A stretch of 63,143 nt of DNA, filler included, from Folioceros fuciformis (taxonomy: Eukaryota), in assembly GCA_049999805.1 (NCBI GenBank). It is 11 parts of 11 records of this genome, joined end to end, with 100 filler letters (N's around TTAATTAATTAA, not from the genome) between each part and the next. Parts side by side here need not be neighbours in the genome. Positions count along the whole stretch, not along the records: positions 60,386 to 63,143 come from JBNGIO010006507.1; 10 more parts are not named here. One strand, written 5' to 3'. A program made the position numbers and the translations under genes. This document shows, in pieces, positions 60,386-63,143 of the stretch. The notes under the pieces are model-generated. The model was not told the DNA's origin. It worked only from the letters and a program-made list of their open reading frames with translations, and made no database searches. The stretch's first letter is position 1, and every line of letters begins with the position of its first letter.

Positions 60386-63143
60386 CCTCTACCTCTACCC
60401 CTACCTCTGCCTTGACCTCTACGTTTACCTTTTCCTGTACCTGTTCCAGAGTTATCGTCAACATCGTCGTCATCAGCCACCACAGCCTCCGCCTGGCTGC
60501 TGGGTTTGCCTCTGCCTGGACCGCTGTCCGAGACAAAGGCAGGTGATCGTGGGTCTGCGGGACGATTACTGACTTGCTCGTCAACGTCATCAACGTCCTC
60601 AACGTCGTCAAGATCAAATTCATCATCCATGTACAACCGCCTGGCTAGTTTTTCTTTTTTAGTAAGACGACGTGTGATCGGGGGGTTGTGATCGGGGCTC
60701 CCGGTGCTCGTCCCCCTGCCTCGGCGTCTGCCCCTACCCCTACCTCTACCCCTACCACTTCCTCTTCCCCTCCGTCTGTCTCCAGCAGCAGCAGCATGCC
60801 CTCTGAACATGACCCCATCTGCAAAATCTTCCGCAACCAGATTGTGATCCGCAAATGGCAACCCCTCCCTCATCACACTGAACGGATCCTGTACGTCATC
60901 AACCTCATCCACATCTGCTAGTAGAGCGCCGAGTTCTTTGTCCAACTCATCTTGTTCATCCGCACTTTCTAAATTTGCTTCGAGTTGTGCAGCCAAATCA
61001 CCCTGATCTGCATTCCCGGCAGTTGCAGCTGCAGCTCGGGCCTGAGCCTCAGCCCGAGCCTGAGCCCGGGCCTGAACCTGGGCCCTCCTTTTCTCCATCT
61101 TTGCAGGAGAATCCAGTCCGTAGTTCATGTTGGGATCCCAATGATAGGCTGCAAAAGGCGGAGGTGGAAACATGCGTTCGATTCGAAGAATTCGGCAGAG
61201 ATCCGAATAACTGGGCAATTTGCCCAAAGTGTCCTTGCTCCACGCGAACCCGGTCTGTTGCACCACATAAACCAGGTGCTGCGGAGTGAAAGGGAGGTCC
61301 CGAGGGTTAAGCGGGAAATAGCCAGGGCGCTCTGGCATGTACACTGTCCCGGCGTATTCCAACACATGGGGCTTCTCCTTGTCTGCCCACCGTCCAGTGT
61401 CCTGCATCCATCAACCAAGTTCCGGCTCTCATAAGCTGAAGCTTGCAAGCCACACACAAACAAAAAGGAAACGCAACAAGGCATTCAAAACAGGATGGGC
61501 GTGCGAGTCCCAAAGTGCCGTGCACTCCTTTCTCCACCTGACGCCACTCGCAGCCACTACTATGTGTTACATCTATGCATGCTTCCCTCCAAGTATTTAC
61601 ATACAACGATATCCTTGCGATGGCCGATGCTGCGCTGTTTTTCTCTGGGTTCGAATACGGGAGTTCCCCTGTACTCCCACCGGAAGCCTGGGTCACTTAA
61701 GAACGGCATCTTCACCGGCTGGCCAAAAAAATTGCCTCGCAGTTCATGCTCTTGTTTCTTCCCGGCCTTCCAGTACTCCACCTCATCCAAGTGCTCCAGA
61801 ATCGGAGGCGGCACCAGTGGCAGTGCCTGGGCCTGGGGCTGATCTTGGGCTTGGGCCTGGGGCTGAGCTTGGGCCTGGGGCTGAGCGTGGGCCTGGGCCT
61901 GGCCCTGAGCTTGGGCTTGGGCCTGGGCCTGGGCCTGGGCCTGTGCCTGCGACTGGACCTGCGCCTGGGCCTGGGCCTGGGCCTGAGATTGCGGCCGAGG
62001 CTGGGGTGGGCCTTGTCCGCCATCTGTGTTCTGGGCCTGCCCCTCACCTCCATCCACCTCCATGTTCTGGACCTGGTCGGCATCCTGGTGTGGCTCCTGT
62101 TGTCCACCCATAGCCATGCGCTGCGGCTGTGCTCCAGCGTCATCTCCCACACCGTACTGCACGAACGGGACTGGTCCGTCATCCGTGAACAGGCCCTGAA
62201 ACACGTCAGGAGACCCAGGACCCCCCGGCATACCAGCCGGGGCAGGCTGCTCGAAGTACGGACCGAATCCCGAAGGCACATCGCGGGAAGCCTCCACCGG
62301 CACATTGACAGCCTTAGTAGTCTCGTGAGCCTGATCTCCCCCAGGGACAAACGCACCGGCATGAAAATTGGGCCACAAATGGCGCATGCTGTCCAACATC
62401 ACCCGCCGTCTCCTTGCTGCCCAGGCATGCAGTCTGGGATGCTGTGTGAAAACCCGCTGGCCATCTATGATGTCGCGCCCTTCCAGCACAGGGTCTTTGG
62501 TGATGACCTGTGGCGGGAACAGGTCGGTACCCGGGAACACTGCACTCTCCGTAGCCTCGGGACCTACGGGCTGCCCCGCCTGCACCCTCTCCAAGTGGGC
62601 CATTTGCCGCATCGTTTCCACTGCACGCTCGCACCTGGGCAGGCGTCGTTGTTTCTCCATTTCCTTCTCCACGCTCTTCCGCAGGTCGTAGCCCCAAATC
62701 CATTGCCGCGCCATCTCCTGTTTGGCCAGGAGATACGACGGGAACGGCTCGCACCTTATCCAACGGTGCCCGCACAGTCGTGGCGCCTCCAGACTCTGTT
62801 GCCATGTCCCCCCCGCCTCTGTCGTAGGCCAGGGAACTGGTTCCTCCTCCTCCTCTTCCTCCTGCTCATCCTCCAGCGATGCCCGCTCCTGCCCAAGTAT
62901 CTGCAGCCGCTCCGATTCCTCTCTCTCCACATGCAAACGCTTTTCCTGCCATTGCTTCCATGCATCGTCGTGCGGCCTCAGCGGCAGGGCTGGATTCCAC
63001 GAATGCAATTTGTCGATCATGGCGAGCACCTTCATCTGGTGCGTCATTTTGTCGTTCATTTCTTGCTCAAAACCTGGCGGGTGAGTCTCCAGCGGGAGGT
63101 GCGGCGGGAGGTACCCGCGGCACCACCGCTGTCCCACAGAGTG
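60386..63143 (-). CDS. Large hypothetical protein with (QA)n, (GR)n and acidic tracts, partial at both ends; probable intron 61402-61604
   Basis: Long ORFs of 525 and over 340 codons, joinable in phase 0 via GTATGT...TGCAG. Confidence 0.55.

Noticed and set aside
61337-62113. Plus-strand Gly/Pro-rich 258-aa ORF
   Set aside because: Antisense shadow of the hexamer repeat that encodes the (QA)n tract.

Overview
Eukaryotic land-plant nuclear DNA. The PLS-class PPR style and a TORNADO1-like COR domain suggest a seed-free plant such as a hornwort, but this is inference. The window is 11 contigs joined by ten artificial 100-bp N/TTAATTAATTAA linkers, so synteny across linkers means nothing. Most of it is Ty1/copia LTR retrotransposons: one intact gag-pol and several decayed or nested copies. 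It also holds a split Sola-like DNA transposase, LRR receptor(-like) genes, an NB-ARC remnant, PPR genes and fragments, and two orphan genes. Three observations stand out. (1) A TORNADO1-type Roco COR domain runs in frame into a protease domain whose motifs look like metazoan caspases (RxGxxxD...AHG...KLKVVVINVCR) rather than plant metacaspases. (2) One copia element carries an apparently spliced antisense gene between two copies of its polypurine tract. (3) Several copia elements of one lineage carry an extra 5' ORF upstream of gag, and two of these share an H-x5/6-C-x-P-x-C-x-V-C motif. All homology calls come from motif recognition by eye; no database searches were run.
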